This document shows positions 19,434-29,072 of a stretch of 64,000 nucleotides of DNA, one piece after another. Source of the stretch: an uncultured Gammaproteobacteria bacterium (GTDB taxonomy: Bacteria; Patescibacteriota; Patescibacteriia; Patescibacteriales; UBA12465); contig CAZPKN010000001.1 of assembly GCA_964587195.1 (NCBI GenBank), positions 341 through 64,340 of the forward strand. Reading direction: 5' to 3'. The notes under the pieces were generated by a model. It did not search any database. It saw nothing but the letters and a program-made list of their open reading frames with translations, and was not told the origin of the DNA. Position numbers and translations under genes: made by a program. Each line of letters starts with the position of its first letter. Positions within the stretch are counted from its first letter, which is position 1.

Positions 19434-19826
19434 ATGCCTAAATTAAGCAGTAATTTATATCGCCGCTGGATGTTTATCCTCGGTATTCTAGCAACCGTCG
19501 CCTACCGCATTATCGTTGTTTTAAACCATTATAGCCCCGTATTGGTCCAAATTGCCTGGTACGCCGGAACCATTGGTTTTGTTTGGTATTTTAGTCATCG
19601 TTTTAAAGTTGAAAATCGGCGCGATAAAATAATTACCGATAATGAGTTAGTTAGAAAAATAGAACAAGTCGAACCGCTTAGCCCTCAGGACCGCGAATCA
19701 CTCGCCTATGTTCTAAGAGGTTTACAAACCAGTCTTTCAAAATGGAATTATATCGCCATTTTCATTCTGTCGGCGCTCGCTCTAGCTTATGGCGTCTATC
19801 AAGACTTATTAGGGTTTCTAAAATAA
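19434..19826 (+). CDS. hypothetical membrane protein
   Basis: Three hydrophobic segments. Confidence 0.7.
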   Translation: MPKLSSNLYRRWMFILGILATVAYRIIVVLNHYSPVLVQIAWYAGTIGFVWYFSHRFKVENRRDKIITDNELVRKIEQVEPLSPQDRESLAYVLRGLQTSLSKWNYIAIFILSALALAYGVYQDLLGFLK

Positions 19827-19888
19827 CGCTCTTGACATAAATGTTAGAATAATATAACATAGAAGTATTGTTAATTAATTCTAACATT

Positions 19889-20269
19889 ATGACTCTTAAA
19901 ACTTATCAAAAAATTAAATTGGTCTTTGTGGTCTGCTTGTCCATGTTTTTTAGCTGGGCAATCTTTCTCGACAATTTCCTTATTCCGGTCGCCGTTATGA
20001 TCGCTAGCTCCTTAGTTCTCATGCTCCTACGTCGACAAGTAAAAGAAATAATCGCCGATGAAAGAGATTGGCAACTGGCCGGTAAGGCCGCCCTAATTGC
20101 CGTTCAGGCTTATAGCTGGGTCGCAGCCATTTTAATGTTTGTTCTCTATTCCTTGCGTTTACAAAACAACCTCTATGAGCCAATTGCCCTAACGCTCGCT
20201 TTTTCAACTTGCGCTCTCATGCTGATTTACGCCTTTACTTTCCGTTTTCTCGCTAAATATGGAAAATAA
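19889..20269 (+). CDS. DUF2178-type membrane protein
   Basis: 4 TM segments, ADERD...AGKAA motif, followed by an overlapping XRE HTH gene; TTGACA promoter ~19832. Confidence 0.75.
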   Translation: MTLKTYQKIKLVFVVCLSMFFSWAIFLDNFLIPVAVMIASSLVLMLLRRQVKEIIADERDWQLAGKAALIAVQAYSWVAAILMFVLYSLRLQNNLYEPIALTLAFSTCALMLIYAFTFRFLAKYGK

Positions 20270-20888
20270 TATTAAAAAACTGCGCCAAGAACTTGGCCTG
20301 ACCCAGGAAGACTTAGCCAGAAAAACTGGCGTCCGGCGAGAAACAATCGTCTTTTTAGAACAAGGAAAATATAATCCTTCTTTAAAATTAGCCAGCGATG
20401 TTGCCAATGTTCTTAATAAAAAAATTGATGATGTTTTTAAAACATTAACCAGCGGTAATGATAATCATTTTCATGTCGGAGTCTATGGAATTCTGGTTAT
20501 AGACAGGAAGGTTTTAATGATTAAAAAATCTCGCGGCGCTTATAAGGGTAAATACGATCTGCCGGGCGGAAAAATTGAATTTGGAGAAGAGACTGAAGAG
20601 GCTTTGAGGAGGGAGTTTATAGAAGAAACCGGAATAACTATAGATAGTTATAAATTCCTCGGCTACCAAGAACATTTCCAAGACTACAAAAACGACAAAG
20701 GCCAAGCTAGGCACCTGCACCACTTAGGGCTATATTTTCGGGTGTCCGCGCAAAAACAAGAAATAAAATCCGGTCCAGACGGTCACGATTCTCTAGGAGC
20801 GGAATTTATTGACACTAAAAAAATTAAAGACTTAAAAGTTGCCCCCATTGCTAATTTAGCCCTCAAAAATTTCTCTAAAAATATATAG
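20259..20888 (+). CDS. XRE (HTH_3) regulator fused to NUDIX hydrolase
   Basis: NNIKKLR..LTQEDLA..GVRRETI..LE.GKYNPSL.LA; [23 protein letters not shown] Nudix box. Confidence 0.85.
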   Translation: MENNIKKLRQELGLTQEDLARKTGVRRETIVFLEQGKYNPSLKLASDVANVLNKKIDDVFKTLTSGNDNHFHVGVYGILVIDRKVLMIKKSRGAYKGKYDLPGGKIEFGEETEEALRREFIEETGITIDSYKFLGYQEHFQDYKNDKGQARHLHHLGLYFRVSAQKQEIKSGPDGHDSLGAEFIDTKKIKDLKVAPIANLALKNFSKNI

Positions 20889-21133
20889 CATAATACGTAA
20901 TATATATTTTAGCTAAAAATATATTAAATTTAAGACTTTTTTCGTTTTTCAGATATAGCACATTGCGTACTATATCTTTTATTTAATATAAGGGAAAATA
21001 AATGTAAAATCACCCTTTTTTTGTATATAGTAAAATATTTACACCATTTCCTTGAAAAATATCCTTTTCCATGTTAAACTATTATCCTCGTATCTGCTGC
21101 TGCCATAACTAATCATTAATCATTGATTTTACT

Positions 21134-21715
21134 ATGGGTAGATATTTAGGGCCAAAACTAAGGAAGCGGCAGCGCTTCGGACTAATCGGCGAAGAAGCCA
21201 GTATACGCCGTCGGGGCGTTCAACGCCCGAGAAAAACAGGCTACGGCCTGATTCTGGAAGAAAAGCAAAAGCTTAAATTCATTTATGGATTAATGGAAAA
21301 GCAATTGCGCCGTTACGTGAGCGAAGTTTTAAAGGGCAAAAACGACCCGCAAGTCGCCCTGCTCCAAAAACTGGAATCACGTTTGGATAATGTTGTTTAT
21401 CGCTTAGGTCTGGCAAAAACCCGGGAACAAGCGCGTCAAATAGTTAACCACGGACACGTTCTGGTTGATAACCAGCGAGTCGACATCCCTTCTTATATTT
21501 TAAGAGAAGGACAGGAAATTCGCTTGAAAGACAAATCTGCTAAAAAAGTTTTCTTTAAGGAATTATCAGTGGCTAGTCGTAAAGAAAATGAACCGGCTGG
21601 ATTCTTATCTTATAACGAGTTAGGAGGAAGGTTTCTCCATACTCCGACTGAAGCAGATTTACCGAAAAACGTTGATATGGCTAAAGCATTAGAGTTTTAT
21701 CACAATATACTCTAA
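21134..21715 (+). CDS. rpsD: 30S ribosomal protein S4 (stand-alone, Cys-free)
   Basis: MGRYLGPK, EKQKLKFIYG, LESRLDNVVYRLG, ARQIVNHGH, VDIPSY. Confidence 0.93.
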   Translation: MGRYLGPKLRKRQRFGLIGEEASIRRRGVQRPRKTGYGLILEEKQKLKFIYGLMEKQLRRYVSEVLKGKNDPQVALLQKLESRLDNVVYRLGLAKTREQARQIVNHGHVLVDNQRVDIPSYILREGQEIRLKDKSAKKVFFKELSVASRKENEPAGFLSYNELGGRFLHTPTEADLPKNVDMAKALEFYHNIL

Positions 21716-21732
21716 CTAACTACAGTCAACTT

Positions 21733-21764
21733 AAAAACACCTCTTTATTGCAAGAGGTGTTTTT
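21733..21764. terminator. bidirectional terminator
   Basis: aaaacacctctt...aagaggtgtttt between convergent genes. Confidence 0.8.
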
Positions 21765-21826
21765 ATTTCACGCTGACGCTCAAATTAATTAATGTTTATT
21801 GTGTAAAAAAATAGAAAGAAAAACTG

Positions 21827-22534
21827 CTAATTATTTTCCTCTTTTTCCACTTCTTGAATCACTGCCTTAGAAGATTTATAAAAACCAAGCACTAAGAATA
21901 TTACCAAGCTACCAATAATAATTCCTGACACATTAAGACCGTAAACAGCCAGAGCATCTTTAAAGACATCAGGCTCACGACTAGCCAAAGCTAACCCCAT
22001 GGCTGCCAATGGTGGCATTAAGGTTACAGTAATGGCAACCCCAGAAAGAGATCCTGTTAGGTCTTTTTTTGCCCAAGTAAAACTAGCCGCCGCTCCAGCC
22101 GCCACCGGAATTAAAAAGGTGCTCCAACTAAAATTTGCCATTAAAGTTACTACACCTAAATCTGATAAACTGAAATCTATTCCTAGCCCAATTACAGCCG
22201 CAACAACTAAGGTCACGAAAGCTGACACAATAAAAACGAACACCGAACGACTAATAACTTTGAAATTTAAAATAGTAATTCCTAAAGAAATTGATAAAAT
22301 CGGAGACAGAAGAGGCGCAACCAACATCCCTCCTATTAACAAGACTAAATTATCTTTAACTAAGCCAATTACAACAATAAAGGTAGCTAACACTAGGAGA
22401 AGATAGAACCCTGAGCTAGGCGCTGAAGAACTAATGATGGATGATGAAAAATCTTCCCTCTCCTCCCTGGTTGTTTTTAAAGAATACTTCTGCAGTCCAT
22501 TTTGAGACTTAAAAATTCTTGAAAAGATATTCAT
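21827..22534 (-). CDS. DUF389 family membrane protein
   Basis: LIGGMLVAPLLSPI, AAGAAAS, LSGVAITVTLMPPLA. Confidence 0.85.
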   Translation of the reverse strand: MNIFSRIFKSQNGLQKYSLKTTREEREDFSSSIISSSAPSSGFYLLLVLATFIVVIGLVKDNLVLLIGGMLVAPLLSPILSISLGITILNFKVISRSVFVFIVSAFVTLVVAAVIGLGIDFSLSDLGVVTLMANFSWSTFLIPVAAGAAASFTWAKKDLTGSLSGVAITVTLMPPLAAMGLALASREPDVFKDALAVYGLNVSGIIIGSLVIFLVLGFYKSSKAVIQEVEKEENN

Positions 22535-22756
22535 AAAAATGTTTATTACATTGTTATAGTTTAATAGTATATGAAAAATAGCCCATACTCAAGGCTATTT
22601 AAAACTTAACAATTTTTCTTTCCTCCGCTCGCCCGCTTCGTTGGAGCTTAGCGAGGCGAGCCGGCTGCTAATTTGAATCATCTATTCATATAAACCCGAC
22701 CACAGGGGTCGGGCTTATTTTTGGCGGAGGGGAATCAACGGTATTAGAAATAAAAA

Positions 22757-23887
22757 TTAATTGAAACAATTAAAATATTCCCAGAGAATGAAAACTCGGT
22801 TTCTCGAAAATCCTGTTTTTTCCTTTAATATATCTATATTCATTAATTCTTTGGTTAAAGCATTGGCCGTAGGAGTGGTTATTTTTAAAGCTTTCTCAAT
22901 ATCTTTAGTATCAACAACCGGATCAGTAAATAAATACATTAATAAATCTTTAGCTAATTTACTTCTTTTTCCCATTTTTTCAATAATGGCACATTCGTAT
23001 TTTTGTCTTAGCTTAATTATTTTTTCAAAAGTATTAATACCGTCTTTCGATGTAGTAATAACACCTGCTAGGAAAAATTTTATCCATTGTTCTATTTCGT
23101 TTGATTTTCGGACCATGGTTAAAGAGTCGTAATATGAAGCTCTGTTTTTTTCAAAAAAATGAGAGAGATATAAAGTTGGCTTTTTTAGTATTCCCAAGCT
23201 AACTAAATGAAGAGTTATTAAAAGTCTGCCAATTCTTCCGTTTCCATCTAAGAACGGGTGTATGGTTTCAAATTGATAATGACTTAAAGCTATCTTGATT
23301 AAATTTGGAATATCTAAATTTTCATTATGCCAAAATTTTTCAAGATCACTTAATAAATCCATTACCTGTGAGTCATGCGGAGGAATAAAAAAAGCGTCTG
23401 ACAAGCTAGATCCCCCAATCCAATTTTGGCTCTTTCTTATTTCTCCTGTTTTTTTGTGTTTGCCTCTGGTGTTGGATAGAAGAATTTTGTGGGTATTTTT
23501 TACAAGCCGCATCGACAGAGGGAGTTGCTTTAATTCGGCTATGGCGGAATTAATCGCCTTTACATAATTTTGAACTTCTTGCCAGTCATCTCTTTTTTCG
23601 GGATCAATGTCTTCTTCGGAAAGCAGAGCTTCATCCATTTCAGTTTTTGTGCCTTCAATTTTACTGGATAAAACAGCTTCTTTATACACATGCATTTGAA
23701 TAAAAAAATCCACATCAGGCACTAAAAAAGAATAGGCGTTGAGTTCGCCTAAATATCTAGTGGCTTCCTCTAAAAGCATATTTATTTTTTTATCTTCCCA
23801 AACAAAATCTTTGTTTATAGGGTTAGGGAGGAAGCTTTTATATTGATATTGTTGTTCAAAAACACCTGCTTTAAAATTATTATTCAT
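22757..23887 (-). CDS. Fic family protein (N-terminal helical domain, C-terminal HTH)
   Basis: [39 protein letters not shown]. Confidence 0.93.
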   Translation of the reverse strand: MNNNFKAGVFEQQYQYKSFLPNPINKDFVWEDKKINMLLEEATRYLGELNAYSFLVPDVDFFIQMHVYKEAVLSSKIEGTKTEMDEALLSEEDIDPEKRDDWQEVQNYVKAINSAIAELKQLPLSMRLVKNTHKILLSNTRGKHKKTGEIRKSQNWIGGSSLSDAFFIPPHDSQVMDLLSDLEKFWHNENLDIPNLIKIALSHYQFETIHPFLDGNGRIGRLLITLHLVSLGILKKPTLYLSHFFEKNRASYYDSLTMVRKSNEIEQWIKFFLAGVITTSKDGINTFEKIIKLRQKYECAIIEKMGKRSKLAKDLLMYLFTDPVVDTKDIEKALKITTPTANALTKELMNIDILKEKTGFSRNRVFILWEYFNCFN

Positions 23888-24006
23888 AGCTTTAACTATA
23901 TTATTTTATAATTAAAGTTTAGCACTTAACTTTAATTAAGTCAAAACATAATAAAAGTTGAAAAAAGTAAAACAAAAAATCATCTAACATTAGATAATTT
24001 TTTTGA

Positions 24007-24310
24007 TGGCGGAATGGACGGGACTCACTACCCGGTCCTCCCGGTCCGCCCAGGGCGGACATCGCTCAGACTTTCTCGTCCCGACGCGAGCCAAACTATT
24101 GGCTCACTTCCATTCCGTATTCAAAAATAAACCCGACCACAAGGGTCGGGCTTATTTTTGGCGGAATGGACGGGACTCACTACCCGGTCCTCCCGGTCCG
24201 CCCAGGGCGGACATCGCTCAGACTTTCTCGTCCCGACGCGAGCCAAACTATTGGCTCACTTCCATTCCGTATTCAAAAATAAACCCGACCACAAGGGTCG
24301 GGCTTATTTT
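24007..24310 (-). repeat. two identical 152-bp tRNA-linked structured units downstream of tRNA-Asp
   Basis: tggcggaatggacgggactc at 24007, 24159 and 24311 (the tRNA itself); the units look identical. Confidence 0.93.
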
Positions 24311-24387
24311 TGGCGGAATGGACGGGACTCGAACCCGCGACCTCCTGCGTGACAGGCAGGCGTTCTAACCAACTGAACTACCACTCC
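24311..24387 (-). tRNA. tRNA-Asp(GTC), CCA encoded
   Basis: ggagtggtagttcagttggttagaacgcctgcctGTCacgcaggaggtcgcgggttcgagtcccgtccattccgcca. Confidence 0.97.
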
Positions 24388-24549
24388 AAAACAACAGGAA
24401 AATCATAGCAAAAAGTTTTCAGCTTGTCAAAGTTTTTACGGCTCCTAAAATAGCCGAAACCCCTAGAAAAACTTGCCAAAATAGGAATAATAGTATATAC
24501 TTTAATTACAAAAACTACGAGCTTTCTAGTTTTTTTAATTTACACTCAT

Positions 24550-24933
24550 ATGGAACACTTACTAAAAGAAACAACTCTGTCCGAAATTGAAAAGAATCTC
24601 TTAGACCAGAAAACCCGCCTAGTTAGCGACTTGGCTGATTTGGCGCGTCCTGATAGCCACGAAAGTGATAATACTGGCGCTAAGTTCCCTGAATACGGCG
24701 ACAAGCCAGATGAAAACGCCCAAGAAATAGCCGACTACTCGACTAATCTCGCGACGGAAAAAGTTTTAGAAAAAAGCTTAGCGGATATCGAAGCGGCCTT
24801 AGGAAGAATTCAAAAAGGAACTTATGGCGTCTGTAAATATTGCGGAAATCCTATTCCTGAAAAACGCTTAATTGCTAGACCGACTGCTAGTTCTTGTGTT
24901 GCTTGTAAAACTGAGCTCCAAGAAAATGAATAA
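24550..24933 (+). CDS. TraR/DksA C4 zinc-finger protein
   Basis: ALGRIQKGTYGVCKYCG.PI..RL.ARP.A..CVAC. Confidence 0.92.
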   Translation: MEHLLKETTLSEIEKNLLDQKTRLVSDLADLARPDSHESDNTGAKFPEYGDKPDENAQEIADYSTNLATEKVLEKSLADIEAALGRIQKGTYGVCKYCGNPIPEKRLIARPTASSCVACKTELQENE

Positions 24934-25396
24934 ATTATTGTTAAAAAATATTCGATTTAATATAGCTACGGTTTTACTAGTAGCTATATTTTTTATTGCC
25001 GACCGCTATTTAAAAATCTTAGCTCTACAAAATTTCTCTGAAAAATCACACAATCTAATCGGCGATTTTCTAGCTTTTACTTTTACTCCTAATTATTATA
25101 TCGCCTTTTCCCTGCCCTTATCGGGATTATTTCTCAATATCCTGCTAATAATCATTATTACCGGCCTCATGCTTTGGCTTTTTAAAGTAATTAAAAAACC
25201 AGAAAATAATTACTTAATTTTCGGTCTTTTCTTAATTTTACTCGGCGCCCTAAGCAATCTTTTAGATCGCCTTGCTTATGGCTATGTAATTGATTATTTT
25301 TATTTACAATATTTTAGCGTCTTTAATCTTGCTGATATCGGAATAAGCATAGGGGCCCTTCTCGCTCTTATCGGCCTAAACAAAAAACCGAGCTAA
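24926..25396 (+). CDS. lspA: lipoprotein signal peptidase II
   Basis: ADRYLK, NYYIAFS, GALSNLLDR..YGYVIDY, VFNLAD; ATG at 24926 overlaps the upstream stop. Confidence 0.92.
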   Translation: MNKLLLKNIRFNIATVLLVAIFFIADRYLKILALQNFSEKSHNLIGDFLAFTFTPNYYIAFSLPLSGLFLNILLIIIITGLMLWLFKVIKKPENNYLIFGLFLILLGALSNLLDRLAYGYVIDYFYLQYFSVFNLADIGISIGALLALIGLNKKPS

Positions 25397-25420
25397 CTAG
25401 CTCGGTTTTTTTATAAATTA

Positions 25421-25600
25421 TTATTTTCTATATTCTGGATCTTGCATGCGCACTTTTGCGTCGGCCGCTTCTTCTGGCGTATCATACGTCTCAACTAAAC
25501 CAGTTACCGGGTCAACTACCGCATATTTTTGTTCATTTCTAGCTTCTTTATCCTTATCAACTGAAGGATTTTGTCCCCACATTTGTTCTGGACTGCTCAT
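25421..25600 (-). CDS. small acidic hypothetical protein, 59 aa; not in the ORF track
   Basis: Manual translation MSSPEQMWGQNPSVDKDKEARNEQKYAVVDPVTGLVETYDTPEEAADAKVRMQDPEYRK; ends just before a bidirectional terminator (~25382-25412). Confidence 0.6.
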   Translation of the reverse strand: MSSPEQMWGQNPSVDKDKEARNEQKYAVVDPVTGLVETYDTPEEAADAKVRMQDPEYRK

Positions 25601-25804
25601 AATTTTTGCTAAAATGACTATAAATTACTTAAAATAGCTTTATAGACACTTAAATTAATTAATAATTATTTACTATTGACAAAAGTTAATTACTTTGCTA
25701 TTATACCTCAACTGGCTAAAATTGTCAAGTCAGTTATTCACAAGAGGAATAAAAAAATAGAATATAAACCATTTAATTTGAGGGCGCTAGGAGGGGCCCG
25801 AAAA

Positions 25805-26341
25805 ATGAAAACAGTTCTTTTAAATCCGTCGCGTAGCCTGCATCTCGGTAGATCTTTATCGGAAAGAGACGCAGACACGTTAATTGCCGAGCTCTTTCAG
25901 TTAAACAAAACTGAAGGGCCAATTTATCTGCAGATTAACAGTCCCGGCGGCAGTGCTCCCGGAGCTAATAAGCTCTATGACAATATTGTCAACAGCCCCA
26001 ATCCGGTTATTGGTGTTGTCGTTGGCGATTGCTTCTCAATGGCCGCCACTATTCTGCAAGCTTGCGACAGGAGATATGCCAGCAAGCATTCCCGCCTGCA
26101 CATCCATCACGTAACTCATCCTGGTTTTATCTTGCGTCATAACGACACAGTAAAAAGCTTGAGGAAAAAATTACTGGAAGGGATTGAGTTGGCGCAGAAA
26201 GACGACAAAATCTTAATTGATATTCTTGAAAAAAGAATGAAAATATCAAGAAAAGAAATTATCGCTATCATGGATAAAGATGAGGCAATAACGCCGGAAA
26301 GAGCGCTCGAAATCGGACTTATCGATGTAATTATTGATTAG
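25805..26341 (+). CDS. divergent ClpP-like serine protease
   Basis: LQINSPGG, CFSMAA (Ser), LHIHH (His), D...TPERALEIGLID; SD aggagggg before ATG 25805. Confidence 0.85.
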   Translation: MKTVLLNPSRSLHLGRSLSERDADTLIAELFQLNKTEGPIYLQINSPGGSAPGANKLYDNIVNSPNPVIGVVVGDCFSMAATILQACDRRYASKHSRLHIHHVTHPGFILRHNDTVKSLRKKLLEGIELAQKDDKILIDILEKRMKISRKEIIAIMDKDEAITPERALEIGLIDVIID

Positions 26342-26388
26342 AAAAAGCGCCTTGGGCGCCTTAATAAATACCAGCTTTAGTTATTTTA

Positions 26389-26841
26389 CTAAAGCTGTTT
26401 TTTTATAGTCAATGCTCTTTTATTTTCCATTAAAGCTTTTAACTCAATCTTTAAAGTATTTTTCGGCCAAATATTTTTTATCTTCTCCGCCCATTCTATC
26501 GCGACAACTGTATCAGTGTCGGATAAAAATTCTTCTATCCCTAACGTTAATAAATCTTTTTCGGAGTTAAGACGATAAGCATCGATATGACAAAACTGTT
26601 TAATGTTTTTATTACTTTTAACGGAATATACTTTTAGAATATTAAAAGTCGGGCTATTAACAATTTCTTTAACGCCTAAGCCCTTCGCTAGCCCTTGCAG
26701 AAACTTAGTTTTACCAGCGCCAAGATTACCATAAAGCGCCAAAGTTACGCCGCTTTCTAAGTTTTTTCCAAAATCAAAACCCACCTGCCAGGTTTCTTGT
26801 TCACTTAAGGTAATAGTTTTTTTAATATTTTCTTTTTTCAT
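26389..26841 (-). CDS. tsaE: tRNA threonylcarbamoyladenosine biosynthesis ATPase
   Basis: LYGNLGAGKT, VNSPTF, HIDAYRL, IEWAE. Confidence 0.95.
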   Translation of the reverse strand: MKKENIKKTITLSEQETWQVGFDFGKNLESGVTLALYGNLGAGKTKFLQGLAKGLGVKEIVNSPTFNILKVYSVKSNKNIKQFCHIDAYRLNSEKDLLTLGIEEFLSDTDTVVAIEWAEKIKNIWPKNTLKIELKALMENKRALTIKKQL

Positions 26842-26856
26842 ATTCCTTAAATTAAT

Positions 26857-28101
26857 TTACGCATTTATTTCCTCCTGTCTTAAAAGCGACATCGCTAAAG
26901 AAGCTAAAGCGGCTAATAAGAAAATATAACGAAGCGATAAATAGGGGAGCAGGATGAGAATAAAAATCGCCATAATTACTTTACCAATTAAAATAGCCAT
27001 TTCCCTAACAACTGTATACTCATCAACGTAATGGCCTTGATCGGCGGCAATATCATAATTTAAAACGTCAAAAGATGTTCGAGAAAATACTCGGCTTAAA
27101 TTATGATAAGTTGAAAATAAGAAAACCTGAAAAGCACTATCAATTAACGCTTTTAAAATCCAACCAAGTGCATATAAAAAAGTCCCGTACCTAAGCAAAC
27201 GTCGACGATTAGAAAATTTATCTAAAATGCCTCCGAAAACCATTTGTAAAATTATCGTCGCTAAGATAATAACTGATGATAAAGCGCCGATTTGAAAATA
27301 ATCTCCTTTTAGAAGCTGCCAAATAAAAATCGGCCAGATTATCGAACCGGCGACACTTTCCGCCCCATCACCAGCGTAAGCGATTATGCTCGGGCGCATT
27401 TTTTTAGAAAAGAATTTACGCCAAGTCTTGCGCCAGCTCCAAACAAATTTTTCTTCAACCGCCGGTAAAAAACTAAAGGGGATAAGAGAAATTAGATAAA
27501 TAGCAATCGCTGTTAAAAATAAAACCTCATAGCCTAAATAATCAAGGACTAGTCCAGCGACAATCGGCATAATAGCGCCAATTGCCATCATGGTCGCTTC
27601 CATTAAGCTAAGCTGGCTAGCGCGCACTGTTTTTTCGGTTAATTTGGCGACGTTAGTATGAAAAGGAATCCAATGGCTTAGGCGAAATAGTAGCGTAAAA
27701 ATCATCGCCGGTATTACCCATATCCAAGCCGAAATATTTTCAAGTAAATCGCCGGCAATAACAAAGCGATTAATTAAAAAGAAAACTACATAATAAGCCG
27801 CCCCGAATAAAACACTAAGTTGTAAGGATTTTTTAATGCCTATTTTATTCATAATTCCCTTGCATCCGAAAATAACCAGCCCGGCGTAAAGAGCGTCAAT
27901 TATTAAGTAATAAAAAATTACCGACCACAGGCTTAAGTCAAAAAACTGGTATAAAAAAATAGGCAAAAACAAGCCCATTAACTGCGTCGCGGAGTTTATA
28001 GTTATACGACTAAAAAAAATCATCCGAAAATTCTGAGTCAGATTGCGGCCAATTATTTCGGCTTGAAGATTATAAAAAAAGCGGCGTATTATTCTTAGCA
28101 T
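26857..28101 (-). CDS. MFS-like multi-pass transporter
   Basis: About 12 hydrophobic segments in a two-domain arrangement. Confidence 0.75.
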   Translation of the reverse strand: MLRIIRRFFYNLQAEIIGRNLTQNFRMIFFSRITINSATQLMGLFLPIFLYQFFDLSLWSVIFYYLIIDALYAGLVIFGCKGIMNKIGIKKSLQLSVLFGAAYYVVFFLINRFVIAGDLLENISAWIWVIPAMIFTLLFRLSHWIPFHTNVAKLTEKTVRASQLSLMEATMMAIGAIMPIVAGLVLDYLGYEVLFLTAIAIYLISLIPFSFLPAVEEKFVWSWRKTWRKFFSKKMRPSIIAYAGDGAESVAGSIIWPIFIWQLLKGDYFQIGALSSVIILATIILQMVFGGILDKFSNRRRLLRYGTFLYALGWILKALIDSAFQVFLFSTYHNLSRVFSRTSFDVLNYDIAADQGHYVDEYTVVREMAILIGKVIMAIFILILLPYLSLRYIFLLAALASLAMSLLRQEEINA

Positions 28102-28215
28102 AAATATTAGAAGATACTAGGATAATCATAGGGTTAATTTAGGAAAAAATCAATCATAATTTAGTTTTTTTTCGTAAACAAAAACACAGAATTTTATCCT
28201 GTGTTTTTGTTATGG

Positions 28216-28472
28216 GTGGGCGCACAAGCCTGCCTGCCGGCAGGCAGGGATTTCCGCCCTCGCTTTTCGCCGGAAATGCGAAAAGCTCACTTGTCCAGAC
28301 CGGCCGCTAAACGCTCGCCAACTCGCGTTTATCGTCGCTCCCCTTTTCGCTCGAGCCCTGCCTGCCGGCAGGCAGGTTCCGCTCTCGCTCAAGACTCGCT
28401 CGCCGCTAGTTCGACTACTATGCCGTTCCGGCATTAAACAAAAAAGAAGCCATTGGCTTCTTTTTTGTTTAT
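28216..28472 (-). repeat. tRNA-linked structured element (Val), 257 bp including two 20-bp palindromes
   Basis: gtgggcgcacaag..gatt copy of the tRNA 3' end at 28216-28252, split by the palindrome at 28229-28248; second palindrome at 28357-28376. Confidence 0.85.
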
Positions 28473-28473
28473 G

Positions 28474-28547
28474 TGGGCGCACAAGGATTCGAACCCTGGA
28501 CCCCTTCGGTGTAAACGAAGTGCTCTAACCAGCTGAGCTATGCGCCC
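28474..28547 (-). tRNA. tRNA-Val(TAC)
   Basis: gggcgcatagctcagctggttagagcacttcgttTACaccgaaggggtccagggttcgaatccttgtgcgccca. Confidence 0.96.
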
Positions 28548-28560
28548 TTATTCGGGACAG

Positions 28561-28644
28561 TGGGCGAAAGAGGATTTGAACCTCCACGGCCTCGCGGCCA
28601 CAAGCCCCTCAAGCTTGCGTGTCTACCAATTTCACCATCCGCCC
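28561..28644 (-). tRNA. tRNA-Leu(GAG)
   Basis: Anticodon arm caagc-ttGAGgg-gcttg, long variable arm, T-loop ttcaaat. Confidence 0.95.
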
Positions 28645-28661
28645 TAAAACGAAAAAGCCGT

Positions 28662-28988
28662 TTATTTAACGACCTTTTCCTTTAGCTTCTTCTTATAGCC
28701 GTCACGCAAGAAATATAATTTAGCCCGTTTCACTTTTGCCTCTTTCTTAATTTCAATCTTAGTAATTGTCGGCAAATTTAAAGGAAAAATCTTTTCAACA
28801 CCGATTCCTTCAGAAACCTTGCGAACAGTAATAGTCGCGCCGGTTTCTTTATTATGCTTGCGCGCGATAATCATTCCCTCAAAATACTGGACTCTTTCTT
28901 TTTCTTCTCCTTTAGAGTTCAATTCTTTGATTTTCTGATAAACCCTGACGGTTAATCCTGGTTTTAATTCCATTTTTGTTTCGACCAT
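28662..28988 (-). CDS. rplS: 50S ribosomal protein L19
   Basis: [41 protein letters not shown]. Confidence 0.97.
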   Translation of the reverse strand: MVETKMELKPGLTVRVYQKIKELNSKGEEKERVQYFEGMIIARKHNKETGATITVRKVSEGIGVEKIFPLNLPTITKIEIKKEAKVKRAKLYFLRDGYKKKLKEKVVK

Positions 28989-29072
28989 ATGGTTAAAAAT
29001 TACACGAACGAGCCTGGCTCGTTCAACTTGAAAACACTTATTTAATAAGCAAAATCTTGTCTAATATTATAA

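Noticed and set aside
20890-20916. dif-like site
   Set aside because: Only loose resemblance in very AT-rich sequence; the XerD arm (TTATGTTAAA) is not matched
21999-23567. Plus-strand ORFs opposite DUF389 and fic, and similar short antisense ORFs throughout the track
   Set aside because: Shadows of well-supported genes on the other strand with no recognisable motifs
24007-24330. CRISPR array interpretation of the regularly spaced repeats (also at 49711-50182)
   Set aside because: The would-be spacers are identical and over 100 bp, the repeats are tRNA ends, and no cas genes are present
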